Source of the DNA: the human T2T-CHM13v2.0 reference genome, Homo sapiens
DNA length: 64,000 bases
NCBI RefSeq assembly: GCF_009914755.1
Contig: NC_060938.1
Reading direction: 5' to 3' (one strand)
The position numbers were made by a program, and so were the translations under genes. The notes under the pieces are model-generated. The model saw nothing but the letters and a program-made list of their open reading frames with translations. It did no database searches and was not told the DNA's origin. Of the stretch, positions 1 to 14,875 are shown in pieces (the first letter of the stretch is position 1; every line of letters begins with the position of its first letter).

Positions 1-255
1 ATCATGCCCTCCATCCCAGTAGCAGGATGTGCATGAGATAGAGAATGGTGGTGGGAGAGAAAGCATCCCCCATCCCTTAAGGACATTAACCAGAAGTTAT
101 ACACATTATTTCTGTTTATATGATGTTGGCCAGTCTGTAAATATATGATCAGAAAGGCTAAAAATATAGTCATTAATCTGGGTGGCCATATACCCAGCTA
201 AATTTCGGGATTTCTGTTATCATGAGAAAAGAAAATGAATATTCGGTGACACAGC
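1..255 (-). mobile_element. MaLR LTR fragment (MLT1J/I-like)
   Basis: ccagaagtt...ttggccag...ggccatatacccagctaaa...gaatattcgg pattern typical of old MLT1. Confidence 0.6.
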
Positions 256-929
256 CCTTTCTGAAGAGCCCAGTTGCAGAGATTAGGTGCAATAGTACAG
301 ACGTAAGGGCTGGGCTTGTTGCATAATAGAGTTATACTCTTAAAATGCAGCATAAATATTGTATGTATTGAAAAGTGCCATCAGGACCCTCTTTGGTTCC
401 AGACTCTAAAGTAGAAGAGAAAGGGTATCACTTCACCAAGGATCAGCACCCAAAAATCTTGTTCTGCCCACCCAAAACAGAATCTCCTTCAGGAAGGAAC
501 TTTAGTATGTGTTTTGCTTTTATGCAGTATCCAGGAAAGAAACTTCAATGAGAGCTACTATTGCTTATAGCACAAGGCAGGGCATGAACTTGGGTCCAAA
601 GTCATAGACCAAACACTTTTTTTTTTCCAAAATGTTTTTTCCTACCTCCACTTTTAAAAAAAAAATGAAACAAAATATCAGTTGAAATAACATTATTGAG
701 AAAAACTTTATTCCAAGGCCTGGACTATAGTTAGACTGGATTTACATTTCTCTTTTAGAACCTGGAAGCCACTTGGCTATCTTTGCAGAGTTAACAATTT
801 GCATTTGCAAAAATGGCCAGGTAACAGTACCAAAATATGTTAAATCAATTCAGGTTGTTGATTTTCTTTGAAAGTCTCTTCCAAAGAACTTCATGTTCTT
901 TCTGGAATATGATTTAAGCTGCATTTCAG

Positions 930-1225
930 TGAGTTCAGTTCAGCAAATATTTGTTGAGCATCTATTGTTCACAAAGCATGGTGCTCAGGGGTCAAGAGAT
1001 ATAAGGCTGAAAAAAAAAAAAAAAAGGTCCCTTCCTTTTAGTAGCCCAGAATCTAGTTAGGAGAGATGTAGTTAAATAAGTTTAATCAAAAGCCAACTGT
1101 GATACCTATTACCAAGGTTCAAACAGTGGAATATAGAAGGATAAAGGGAATAGACTTATTCCAAGTAGGATGACTGAGGTAGGTTCTTGAGAGTACGTGG
1201 GACTTGGACTGGATTTCAGCTTGTG
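930..1225 (-). mobile_element. L2 3' end
   Basis: ttcagcaaatatttgttgagcatctattg is the reverse of the L2 terminus. Confidence 0.6.
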
Positions 1226-2611
1226 AATACTGACAAAAACCGCATTCCATTGTCTCTTGACAGAAGCCAATTTCTTTTGCTATTTGAGGATAGATTCAGG
1301 GACACTGGGGAATGCTGATTAGTTCCATCACTAATGCTGATTAGTAGTGAATGTTGAGTCATGCTGACTAATGTGTTCTAAATGGATTGACTCAACAATA
1401 AAGGCAACGTTGAGAGTCAAGAGTTCAGATCCTGAATTTCACCGATGAAGTGTAAATCATTTCGCCACTTAGTGCTTAATTTTTTTGTCAATTAAAATGT
1501 GCTCGTGGGTGAGAATCCAGTAAGTCATCTTGACCCATGAGGGCTTTACAAACTTCAAGGATAACAGACAGCTTAACAGCAACTACCAGGACAGGCTTAT
1601 GCAACCTCAGGTTATTCATAGCTCACACAGAGTCAGAACACCCATCACATGCTGCTCGCCAGCCATGCGAAACTTCTGTTTCCTCACACATGCCATGAGA
1701 ACTGACAAACAGTGCACTGAACTCACAAAACCCGACAAATAGAGGAGCTTTTGAAAAATCTTCCTATCTACCTACTGGGGTGTCTGTGTCTTTCTACAAC
1801 AAATGTCGCCACAGAACTAAGGGCTTGCATTGCAGACACAGCTCTTTCTCTCTTTTGACATCTCCCCAGCTAGACTGCTTGAGAACCTGGCCTTCCATGT
1901 CCAGATGTTTACTGAATTCTGAAGCCCTCCCAGAGAGCCCAGGTTCTTTTGTTGCTCTCCAAATCATTTCCCACAGAGGCTGACCAGTGTCCTGAAGGAG
2001 CCCTTCAATAGGGAGGATAAATGAAGGCAGATGAAGACATGACCCCCTGAGGCTTGCCCACATCCACTGGAACAAAGGGTGTGAGGCACAACCTTGTAAG
2101 GAGTGTTTTGGTCAGCCGCGTCCCTATGCGAGGCCAAGTCTCCCCCACAGGGCTGCTTTCAATGGCTACCATCATAGTGGAAGTATTGGGCATTTGTTAA
2201 GGACTGTGGTGTGCTAGATATAGCACAAAACATCTAAATCATGGTCCCCTGCCTTTGTGAGGGCTTCCTGGCTACAGATGGCAGCTGGCTTTCTCAGGGG
2301 AAACTTGGGGGTCATAGAGAAAGCTGAAGAGGGGTGCTTGCTTCTGTGGATGACCTCTTCCCACCCAGTGCAGCGACACTCCCCTTTTGTCTATAGCTAT
2401 CCTTAGTCAAGCCAGGGCTGCGGGACCCTAACCCACACTTCCGCTGTGTTTCTGGATCTCTGGTTTGCAAGGCCAGTGGCTCTGTGGGCAATACGTATGA
2501 AAGAGGACTGCTGTTGGAGGAAAGTTCCATTTAGGTTGCTGGTGGGAAGTTAGTGCATTTCATAACAATTTTTTTTTTTCAAACTTTCTCTTTTTTTTTT
2601 TTTTCCTTTAG

Positions 2612-2628
2612 GCCAAGAGAAGCCATAG
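2612..2628 (+). CDS. RAD51B: RAD51B proximal alternative last exon, coding part (GQEKP*)
   Basis: T11 (2569-2579) and T14 (2591-2604) polypyrimidine tracts, then cctttAG at 2610-2611, then GC CAA GAG AAG CCA TAG. Confidence 0.93.
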
Positions 2629-2889
2629 GGATACTGTGACCTTTGTCTAGAGTTGATGGGGGTGTGATTTGTGAAATAAAACAGGACCGTACTGCTTGGA
2701 AGAAGGAAACGGAAGCTGACATAATGGGGATTAATTAGTTGATTGCTGTTGAGATGGTAACAGATTTGCTCCTAAACCATTGAGCTAGCGATTTCAGACC
2801 TAGCAGGGAAGGTGAAGATGAAGAAGCCTTTGTTCAGGTCTCTAGATGTGTAGGGCTGAGGGCTTTGCCGCCATGGGATGTCAACAGCC

Positions 2890-2985
2890 ATAATAATAAT
2901 TTGCACTTATATAGCACCTTTCAACCAGGCACCTCAAAGCGGTTTAACCACATTAATTAATTAAAGCCCACAATCCTCCTGGGGA
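2890..2985 (-). mobile_element. Ancient MIR/L2-tail-like (amniote CORE-SINE) fragment inside the 3' UTR
   Basis: ataataataatttgcacttatatagcacctttca...ctcaaagcggtttaaccacattaattaattaaagcccacaa resembles the tail of amniote MIR-type SINEs. Confidence 0.45.
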
Positions 2986-3036
2986 GAGGAGGAGGATGAC
3001 TAACAAGATTTGTAATTACAGGAGGGAACATTTCCG

Positions 3037-3042
3037 AATAAA
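3037..3042 (+). terminator. Polyadenylation signal AATAAA of the proximal last exon
   Basis: Canonical hexamer about 410 nt after the stop, with a G-rich element downstream. A second AATAAA lies at 2675-2680. Confidence 0.7.
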
Positions 3043-3659
3043 GTATTGTCTACCAGATAAAAAGAGTAGGTGTAAAGGAATTGGGGTCTCCAAATAGTAA
3101 CCGATTCAGAAATGAAATCATGGAATGATGTGGGAGGCTGGGGGCGGGCATGGGCAAGGGGGTCGACTCTGTGTCAGAGGGAGGTCGATGGGCTCAGAAT
3201 TCACTGACAGGTTCAGATCCAGCCGAGAAGTGGAGCATGTATGGTATTAGTGGCATTTGAAGGTCATTAGTGGCATAACTATTGTAGTGTAAATTCAAGT
3301 TTTATTGGTATATTGTGTATAGCCCTGCAGAACAAAGACTGAGACTCATGCAGTATTTAATAAAGGATGAAATGATTTCTTTAGATTTAAAGCCCAAAGC
3401 TGGGCCAGTCAATTAGCAAATAAATCAATTGGTGACCCGTAGGATAATTTAGTCGTTTCCAGTAGAACACCCAGCCTACACACTCCTACTGCCATGAGGC
3501 TCTGATTGAAGCATCAGACTGGGTTCAGGGCAAGGTCTGGGGGCTTTAGCCCCTTCAAAGCCAGGCATTAAATCTTTCCAGCCTTTGGCCTTGTGACCTA
3601 TCTTACCCAGGTTGTTAGTGACCTCAAGCTGTCCTCTGTAGAATCACTTTGTACCTGCT

Positions 3660-4100
3660 CCTCCATCAGAGATTTTTAGTGCATTGAGGGCTAGAATCAA
3701 GTCTCATCCTATTTCATGTCTCCTATGAGTGCCCAACAGAGTGCTGTGCACCAAGTAGGTGCAGATTGATGAAGATTGATGAAGAAAGACTGAGTCCTTT
3801 AACGACTCAGTATTTGTTGAGCGCATACCAAGTGCTCAGGTAAAGCTTGAAAACAAAGCTCAGTGTGTGCCTGCCCTCCAAAAATGTACTCCAAGGAATG
3901 GGAAAAGACTTACAAACTATTAACTATAATATAAAGCAGAATCACATCCAAGCCCCGGGCAGCAAGGGCAATAGGAAGAGCATCTTATTCAGCTGGAGTG
4001 AATCAGGGAAGGTATTGGTGTGCTGTGCATCGGAAGGCAAGAAGGATTTGGGTAGACCTGGAAGAGGCAGAGCAGGAAGATGTCCCAGGCTGTGACCATG
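3660..4100. mobile_element. Two degraded L2 3' ends, tail to tail (+ about 3660-3790, - about 3805-4100)
   Basis: cagagtgctgtgcaccaagtaggtgc, then tatttgttgagcgcatacc. Confidence 0.5.
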
Positions 4101-4582
4101 TGTCTCCCTCTGAGTGAGGTACATTTTGAGAACTTGGGATGTTCAATAGAATGTTGGTGAAAACCAAGGTGAGTTTTCGTATTTAATCAGGAAATATACA
4201 TTTCCTGTGGATTCTTATGACATGAATTGGTTAATTTCAGACATCAAGGGACTATTTGAGAAGTTGGAGGTAGGGTTCAGGATACAGTACTCCAAAATCC
4301 GGCACGTTGGCCTTGAAAAAACAGCAGAGGCAGGAAGGCCGTTGTCACCTTCCCCTCACCCCTCCTCTCCTGAAGCAGGTTGTAAAATGTTCATTCCTGA
4401 AGTGTTCACTCTCTACCCAGAGGAAAGGAATGTCCTTATCTCTGAAGACACAGGGACAGAGAAGAATCTGAACAAACAGGCCTTGCTAAATTTCCCCCAG
4501 TTTATTCCCATTAGATCATACTCTTTAGTCCTCCAATCATACTTCTGCCTGACTGTCTACTCTTCATCAAACTTAAGCATAA

Positions 4583-4950
<368 letters not shown>

Positions 4951-5001
4951 AGGTCTTCATTTCTAAAGGTTCTCATGTCACATAAAACTTACGTTAAATA
5001 A

Positions 5002-5340
<339 letters not shown>

Positions 5341-5421
5341 TAAATCTGTCTTTTGTTATGGGGGCCTTGGCCATGAACCTTGCAATGCGTTCATGCAAGA
5401 TATTACTTTTTCTCCCCTACA

Positions 5422-6074
5422 GTTTCTGGTGCCCAATATGGGGTGACTGAGACACCCCACTCATTCTGGATCTTGCAGATGAGATCCTGGGGCAACTGAC
5501 AAAAAGCTGGAAAAATTAGAATTCTTATCAAAGTCAGCTCTCCCAGATCTCTGTCTGTAGTGCTTGGTCAAGAGAGACATTAGAAATTTCTCCTTGTCCC
5601 TTCCTTCCCAAATTCAGATTATCAGGAAAAAAAAAAAAATGTCTATATTGTGACTCTCTGACTAAATCTGGCTTTAAGGTACTCGTTTGTTACTGATCCT
5701 TTCCCTCGCAGGGACTGCTGTCTCTTTCCTTGTTTTTCTCAATTTCTGTCCTGATAACTTGGTTTGATTTTCTCCCTGTTGGGGCATGCAAGCTGTCTTG
5801 AGTTCCCCAACCAACTTCAGGGGAGGGAACTCAAGAATACGGCTGGACAGAAATGTGGGTTGCACCCTATTTCCAGCTATCCTACCAAGTATTGCCAGCT
5901 CTTGGGGGGTTTATTTGTATATTTCTTTTGACTCTCTTTGGGGGTAGTTCTGGATTTGGGAGGGCTGCACTCTCTTTTGAGAACCCCTTCTTAGTCCATG
6001 GTGAAGTCATAAAAGGCTCTTTGGTTTTGGTTGAGTCACTTAGTAGGTACTTTCAGTTTAAAACAAGAAAAAGG
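5422..6074 (+). mobile_element. ERV1 internal (leader) remnant
   Basis: Begins with a PBS and lies between two homologous LTR ends. Confidence 0.7.
5427..5444 (+). other. Primer-binding site, tRNA-Lys(CUU)-like
   Basis: tggtgcccaatatggggt, 5 nt after the LTR end, versus TGGCGCCCAACGTGGGGC. All differences are transitions, mostly at CpGs. Confidence 0.7.
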
Positions 6075-6178
6075 TAAATGTATATGTTTTTCTCTTGTTA
6101 ATCTGTGTTTTCTTGTAGTGCTCTCAGCCACGAACCTTGAGATAGGTGAGGAAAATATATTATTTTTCCTCCCTTACA
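6075..6178 (+). mobile_element. 3' end (U5) of a second MER39-like LTR
   Basis: taaatgtatatgtttttctcttgttaatctgt...gccacgaacctt...cccttaca parallels 4999-5028 plus 5348-5421. Confidence 0.8.
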
Positions 6179-6509
6179 TTGAGCAAGATGCTGTCTGTTC
6201 TCTGCAACTCCTAATTGTTCTCTCTTCACCTCCATTGTCTGCCACGAAAAAAAAAATGCTACATTGTTCACACATTAAAATGGATCACTCAAAAGTGTCT
6301 GAAAAAAGCAAGAGGAAAACATATCCTAATTCCAAATGTCAAAAATTAAGTGGCTCCTCCTTGAGACTACCTTTTTGACCCCAAGAAACAATAAGAGAGT
6401 GCCCTATACCCAGTGTTTGACAAACCAATACAGTACTCTCCTGCCCAAGGCCCTCCAGGCCTTCACCACAAACCATGCTGCAGGGACAGGACGTAAGCAC
6501 TGCCTCTGA

Positions 6510-6693
6510 TATGGAGCACTTGCTGCGTGTCTGACACACACTTTACATACACAATCTTCTCTAATGCTTCCAGTAATCTTACAGGTAGAATTTTGTATTA
6601 TTCCTTCTCTACAGATGAGGAACTGAAGCAGGAGAGGTTCAGTTTGTCACCAGAAAGGATGAAATGTGGATTTGAACTCAGGCAGTTCTACTC
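6510..6693 (-). mobile_element. MIR
   Basis: tacagatgaggaactgaagc core and ggatttgaactcaggcag. Confidence 0.7.
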
Positions 6694-7060
6694 TCTTTTC
6701 TCTTTCATCCCTTGCCCTGTAATATTTCTGTTCACAACTCTTATTCATCCTAAGTTCACTAAAGTACTCAGCATAATACTACACACACAATAGTAAAGAA
6801 CTCAGTGAATATTTTCTAAATAAAAGAATCACCAGGAACAATGCTAGTAGTTTGATCTTCTACTCTGAGCAGTGATGCTCAGAATATAGTAGAGGTTCCA
6901 TCACTGCCTTATCATGTCACCATTTTTAAGGAGCAGAAGACATGCACAGGAAAGTTGCCCCAGGAAATGTTCACAAGAAAGAAGGACACAGGTAGCATTC
7001 TTCCCCGTGAGCTGATAATCTGCCAAGCTGGTACCACCCATGAGATTCTAGTGTGGCATT

Positions 7061-7103
7061 TTGTATCATTAATTACTTTTACTGAAAGTAATTAATGATG
7101 CAA
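7061..7103. repeat. Near-perfect inverted repeat (19-bp arms, 5-nt spacer)
   Basis: ttgtatcattaattacttt-tactg-aaagtaattaatgatgcaa, one mismatch. Confidence 0.9.
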
Positions 7104-7121
7104 TTCAGAGATATTTTAGGG

Positions 7122-7155
7122 GTGTGTGTGTGTGTGTGTGTGTATGTGTGTGTGT
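7122..7155. repeat. (GT)n microsatellite
   Basis: About 17 GT units with one AT interruption. Confidence 0.95.
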
Positions 7156-7799
7156 ATCAAAGTTCAACTTTGTCTCCCTAATCCTGCTAGCCTTCTGGCC
7201 ATTCTATTAAGGTATTGCAGTCCTGGTGAAGATTCAGAAATGTGTGGTCCCCGTCAGCCTACAGGGTGAACATTTTGGATTAACCCAGAGAGCCTTGAAC
7301 TCTGTGCATAATGTCTTTTAGGTTGTGTGTTGTGAACAAAGCAAAATGACTGCTCAGAGACAGGGTTGTAAAAGTTTGTCCAGCAAAACCAGGATTGCCA
7401 AATGAGAATTCTGGAAAGGGAGGATAAGGATTAGGTAATGGGAGAAAAGTGAGTGAAGGCAAGGAGAAGTGCAAAATATCTGATTCTAGCCTAAAAACTG
7501 GTCTTGGAACCATTTGGAAGGGTCATTTTTTCCATGTTTTATTTTCAATATCATCACCATCACTTTTATCCTGTGGCTGTGAAAGGACTTTCTTCATTCC
7601 ACTCCAGAATTCAAAGAGGCTTCTTTTGCACAAATGGAGGGAAGGCACTCATCACACTTCTCAGCCAAACATCCTAAGTGTGAGAGAAAACACACTGCCT
7701 ACTTCTGAATTTCGGTGAGGGCAGGGTTCAGATGGAACACATATTTTCCAAAACTCCAAATAGATCTGGGAGGAGAGGAAACCATTAAATCACTAGACA

Positions 7800-8183
7800 T
7801 AAGTCAGGACACATTTGGTTTTGTTCCCTATCAAACAGTCCCCCCAAATCTCAGTGACTTGCAAAATCCATGCATGTCTGAGACTCTCCAGACAAGCTCT
7901 CCATGTGTGACTCAATATTGCACTTCAGTATTAACATGCACTGCCACAGTTGCCACAGTAGGGGAAGGGAAAGGTGGATGGGGGAGAGAGAGAAGAAAGT
8001 AAGAAAGAGAGAGAGATTGAGCACTGATAATTAAGTCCTTCCCTCAAAAAATGATATACATTCCTTCTACTCTCCTGGCCATGCAGCCACTCCTAACTTC
8101 CAGGAGGCAGGAAGGTACCACTTCCTCCATGTTCTGAAGGAAAGGGGAACTGGATATTGGTGAACACCTGTAATGTTTGGCAT
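7800..8183 (-). mobile_element. MaLR LTR (MLT1L/K-like)
   Basis: cccccaaatctcagtgactt...cctaacttccaggaggcaggaag...gaactggatattggtgaaca. Confidence 0.6.
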
Positions 8184-9231
8184 GCACAGCTATACCCAGT
8201 GGGCTTGCAAATGTTTCCTTCTTCCATATTCACGCTTGTATATACCTTTCCCTCAGATTACCTGGCATACATCAAAGATTTATGGGGTAGTGTTCAGGAA
8301 GACCAAACAGTTTTGCAGCCTATTTTAGTCCACAGGTGACCTTTTGAAATAGAGGGGTAGCCAGGAAAGACCAGTTAACTCTGGGTACTTTTCCCCTAGA
8401 GCTTTCAGACACAAGTAACTCTGGGAAGGGATAGTGGGTTCAAGGGAGCCATGGCCTGATTTCAATGACACATTCAAGATAGAACAACTAGTTTGAGTGA
8501 CCCCAGACCATCATGCCTTGTGTGAAAAGACTTTTGGAAATGTGCCCTTCCATTTCCATTCTGCCGCTTGTTACCAGACATGATGCACGTTCCTTCAAAG
8601 CCCTGTGACTTTTCCAGAAAGCAGCTCTCCCTGCAAGAGAGAGAAACTTTCCCTTATTATTCTTTCAGTAATGAATTCCTGCTCTGAATGGGCTGCCTCC
8701 ATGTGTTTTCAGTCAAGTGCTGATGGCAGCCTTGCCTGGGGGCATTTCCAAAGCTGAGGACATAAGAGATGAAGGAGGTCTCATATTGACAAGAGCTGCT
8801 TTTGGTTTTCCTTCCAGTTTAGCCCTCCTGAGCCTTGAAATGGGAGATAACAAATGATTCATCAGTTCTTGTTGGTGAACCAACATGACCACCACACCTC
8901 TTTGCTCCTTTCAACCAATGAAAAAATCATGTTTTAAAGCTTTCCTCAGAGAGGTTTGTGGACCTGGATTTTGGTGACTTAACAGGGATTTAACTTTCTC
9001 AGACCAAACCAGTATTTTGTAGATGCCAAGACTTCCTTTCTTCAGGTCTCAAACATAGACTTCGCGTACCCTGAGGTGATAAGAACAAAGGAGAAATTAG
9101 GTCACCCTGTTTCCTGCCTAAAACCTAATCTCAAGTACACAAGCTGCTTCCAAGTAAGCTGTGGTGGTAGGCCATGTTTGCTGAGAGCCAGCCCACTCAC
9201 TCTCCCTAAAGCAAATGTCTTCAGACAATAA

Positions 9232-9601
<370 letters not shown>

Positions 9602-9659
9602 CAGTTGGGCTATTTTCATTGGGAAGAGGAGTCTCAATTATCTCCGGTAAAAGGGGACA

Positions 9660-10095
9660 CATACTGTTAAGGATATAGGTGGTGCAGAATTGGAAAGCCT
9701 TCTGGAGGGGAGGCAGCCCTGGGAATTCATTATCCTGGGGTCTCTGCTTTTCTTTACATGTCTGCCCAGGGCTACTCTCACTCTCCCAGCAGATTTTGTC
9801 CTGCATACTATAGTTTATTTACTCAAAACTTCAGTTTGCACATGGCTCACCCTGTGTTTCTCTCTTAGCCTTTCAACTTCAGTTCCCATTGGCTTTTTTC
9901 CTTGGTTAAAATTCTGAAGAGAGAATCTGATTAGCTCGGACTTATCTTAGTGTTTTGTCTCAGACAACATCATTGGTCACTGGCTAACCAAACCTTTGTT
10001 GGATAAGGAAGTCGCTGAAAACATAGCTGCCCAAGCAGCAGGAGGTGTGGGAAGGCCAGCTTTTCCTAGAGGGGCTGTGAGAGGGCAAGACAGTG
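9660..10095 (-). mobile_element. Old ERVL-type LTR remnant (LTR33-like)
   Basis: aaattctgaagagagaatctgattagctc motif; heavily diverged. Confidence 0.35.
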
Positions 10096-12037
10096 ATGAA
10101 CTCCAGGGCATGCTTTACACCCTCTAACTGGACTACTGCAAGCATACTCATTCCCTCTTGCTTCTTGCTCATAACTGTAGACCTGGTCCCCTTACACCCT
10201 CACAGCCTAGGCATCTCTTTTCACTGCTCACCTCCAGCCCCTGACTCCAGGATCTTACTTCTCACCCTGTTAAAGTGCCCAGTCACAGAGGTATAGGACT
10301 AGTGAGTGGGAAGGAAGAGCTGTTGAGATTTATTTAAGAATATACAGAAGATTAGGGAAGGTGTGTAATGAAAAGAGGAATGAAAATAAAATCCCTCTCT
10401 CAGCTAAAGAAAATTGTGTTCCCACCATGGGACCCAGCTACCTTTCCTCCTTCCACCAGTCTTTGGAGTTACTTCCTTTTCAAAAAAAAACAGACATCAG
10501 CAGAAGCAAGAGGAGCTTCCATTGAGGAACCCTGACCAAGCAAGTGGGAAGATATTCTCTCTTCATTAACCCCCAAGGTCTTCTCTGTCCCCTGCAAGGA
10601 TCCCTTGTCCCTATCCCTGATCCTTGCATTTCTCCAGCCCCCACCCTCAGGTCTTGTAAAGTCCAGATTCTTGACTAAGAAGTCCCAAATAACTTTCAAA
10701 CTAAGATTTTAAAACACAAGTGAAGGACTCGGTTTGGATCAAGTTTTTGCCAATTGTGTTCTTAGTGCCCAAAGCTCTTTATTGGAAGTTATTCACAAAT
10801 CTTCATGATGGTTTTTGGACGACTAGTCACGTGTGGTGTTGCCCTATTTCAAATGAGTCAGAGAAATTGTGCTTTATATGAATTCATGCATCAACCAGAG
10901 GATTAGGGGGAAAACTGAATTGTGGTAGTATGCTTTACCATTTATTCATTAGATACTATTACTTTTGTACCTCATCAGATGGCTAAAAGCCAAACCCAAA
11001 CCAAATGTATTCAAATTTCAGTCTGCCCATATTATTTTTAGTGGACGTGAGTCTAGGAGTGAAGGAGAGGCTAGTCTAAATGTCTGTGTTTCCTTGCCCT
11101 TTCTTGAACTCCGGGTATGTCAAAGGTGATTAAATCATTGGTCAAACTTTGTCCTGTGACTGACACTTTTATCTAGTGACTAGAATTGCAACATTTCCCT
11201 AGGAGCCTATGATAGTTTTTCCAAACCTGCTACTGTGGGGTTCTAGTCAGTTCCTCCAGAGCACCTCCAGATCCCTGCCCATTCTATTTAGAATCGGAGG
11301 TTTAAGTCTATTGCCACTGGCTGTCCTCTGGGGCCCAGAAACCTATATGGGGTTTGTCCAGCCTCTCATCCCAGCACCATCGTCCAAACCCCACAGTCAT
11401 TACCAATCTAACAGCTTGAAAGTTGATACAAAGATGAGGCAGAAGCCAGTTTGGCTTTCTCCCAGTTCTCTGTGCCCCTCCGGAGTTAATCAACAACGAC
11501 CTATCTTTGTGTCAATAACATAAGCCTCTCTAACTAGAACACCTGGTGAAAAGCCGGAGGAAAGCTTAAAATGAAGCAAATTTTGCAGTGATTATTCTGA
11601 CCCTCACTGTTTAAGCTGGACTCAGGATCTCCAGACAAAAACTGCTTGTTAAACCCAACCAACTAGTTGGATGAACCTTAAGCCACCTTGGGTTTTGCTA
11701 ATATTTTTCATGCCCACACCTCAACTCCAAAGTCTGTAAACTTTAAGCATCAACTCCCCATTTCAAGCACACAGGGTTTAGTGAGATGGCCTGAGTTCAT
11801 CTCGCTGGTAGAATTCTTTAGTGGCATCTCCTCATCCCTTTCCCACCCTCAAAGCCCATCCTGATGGTGCGGTCACACCACTGGAGAAACCATAGACCTT
11901 CTTAACTGGGATTACCAACACCTTCTCTTAGTACGTATTCACATGGCCTTGGATGTTAGGTGACTGCCTGTTCAGAGAAAGTGGGGAGGGTGAAAGGGAG
12001 TGAAAAGGCAGAGGGCACATGGACAACAGTTCCTTGC

Positions 12038-12853
<816 letters not shown>

Positions 12854-13308
12854 CCTACCATAACTGTTTTCCTCACAGAACATCCCTTATCCTCTGATCT
12901 TGCCCTTCTTATCTGATTGGGAAAAAAGTAGATGCTGGCCAAGAAATGCAAGTATGACTATGCAGTTTGAGAATTGCTAAGCTAGGTGGGGAGGGTGCAT
13001 GAGACAGGAAGAATGAAAACGTGGGTGGATGGATACATGAATGGATGGTTATTACATGGAAAGACAAATGAATGAATAAATGGCTTTGGCAGTGTGTTGA
13101 TGGCACCAGGACAGAAATTACGTTCTGTTTCTTTAGGGTTTGTCTTTTTTTTTTTTTTTTTTTTTTCAATAATACAGGGCTTACAAACTCAAATGTGCAT
13201 GCCAGACAGGTAAAAAGAGTTGCAAAAAGAGGCCAGGTGCAATAATAGGCAGTTGTAGGGACTGACAGATTAGAGAGAGCCTACCGTATATAAAGGGGCA
13301 CCAGTTAC

Positions 13309-14100
<792 letters not shown>

Positions 14101-14234
14101 TGAAATTCAAAAATTATAAAATATTGTATAAGCCAAATGAATGCTCTTGTAGTCCGAATGCACCCTGGAGGCTGCCAGATTTCAACTCTTGGGATGCTAG
14201 AAAGGCATCTGTAATGTTATCACATGAAGATATA

Positions 14235-14433
14235 GATGCTTGTGAGTTTAGGCTCATGAGTAGACTGCCTGGGTTCATACTGCAATCCACCACTTACTAG
14301 CTTTGTGATCTCAGGCAATTATGCATATAATTCTTAGAGTTATTATAAGGTTAAAATTATTTAATGCATGTAAGTACCTAGAACAATGCCTGCTGCCTAG
14401 TAAGAAAGCAGTAACTGTGAGCTGGTATTATTA
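14235..14433 (+). mobile_element. MIR
   Basis: agactgcctgggttc...ccacttactagctttgtga...agaacaatgcctg. Confidence 0.7.
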
Positions 14434-14754
14434 GCTAGTATCATGAAATCTCTTGGTTTCCAATAATACCATTTCTGTAAAATGGGGGAAACCCACTTGC
14501 CTTTTTTACCCCCTAAAGGCTTGTTGTGCAAGTAAAAGAACAACTGTGAAAGAGCTTGAAAAAGTAGACACATTGCTAAGAAATACACCAGGCATTTCTA
14601 TGTTCCTATTCCCACAGATGAGGCACAGCCTTTCCCAGTGCAGGGCTGGGACTCTGTAGGAAGAGGAAAATAGCAGTAACTAGAACCAGTCCTTTATTCT
14701 TCTCAGGGTCATTTGCTGTTTTGTTGTTCTTAGAATTTGGTGAGTTTTTCTTTT

Positions 14755-14875
14755 TCTTTCTTTTTTCAATTATGATAAATTTCAACATTCAGAAAAGTAA
14801 AGAAAATAATATAATGAACACCCAAATGCCCTTATCTAGATTTCCTAATTATTACATTTGGCAGATGTGCTTCAC
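14755..14875 (-). mobile_element. L1ME 3' end fragment
   Basis: aatttcaacattcagaaaagta...aatataatgaacaccca. Confidence 0.55.

Larger units (their letters stand above)
2629..3060 (+). other. RAD51B: 3' UTR of the GQEKP isoform (end approximate)
   Basis: Follows the stop codon. AATAAA at 2675-2680 and 3037-3042. Confidence 0.75.

Noticed and set aside
7061-7103. Hairpin as a pre-miRNA or MADE1 element
   Set aside because: Too short (43 nt) and AT-rich for a pre-miRNA; lacks MADE1 termini.
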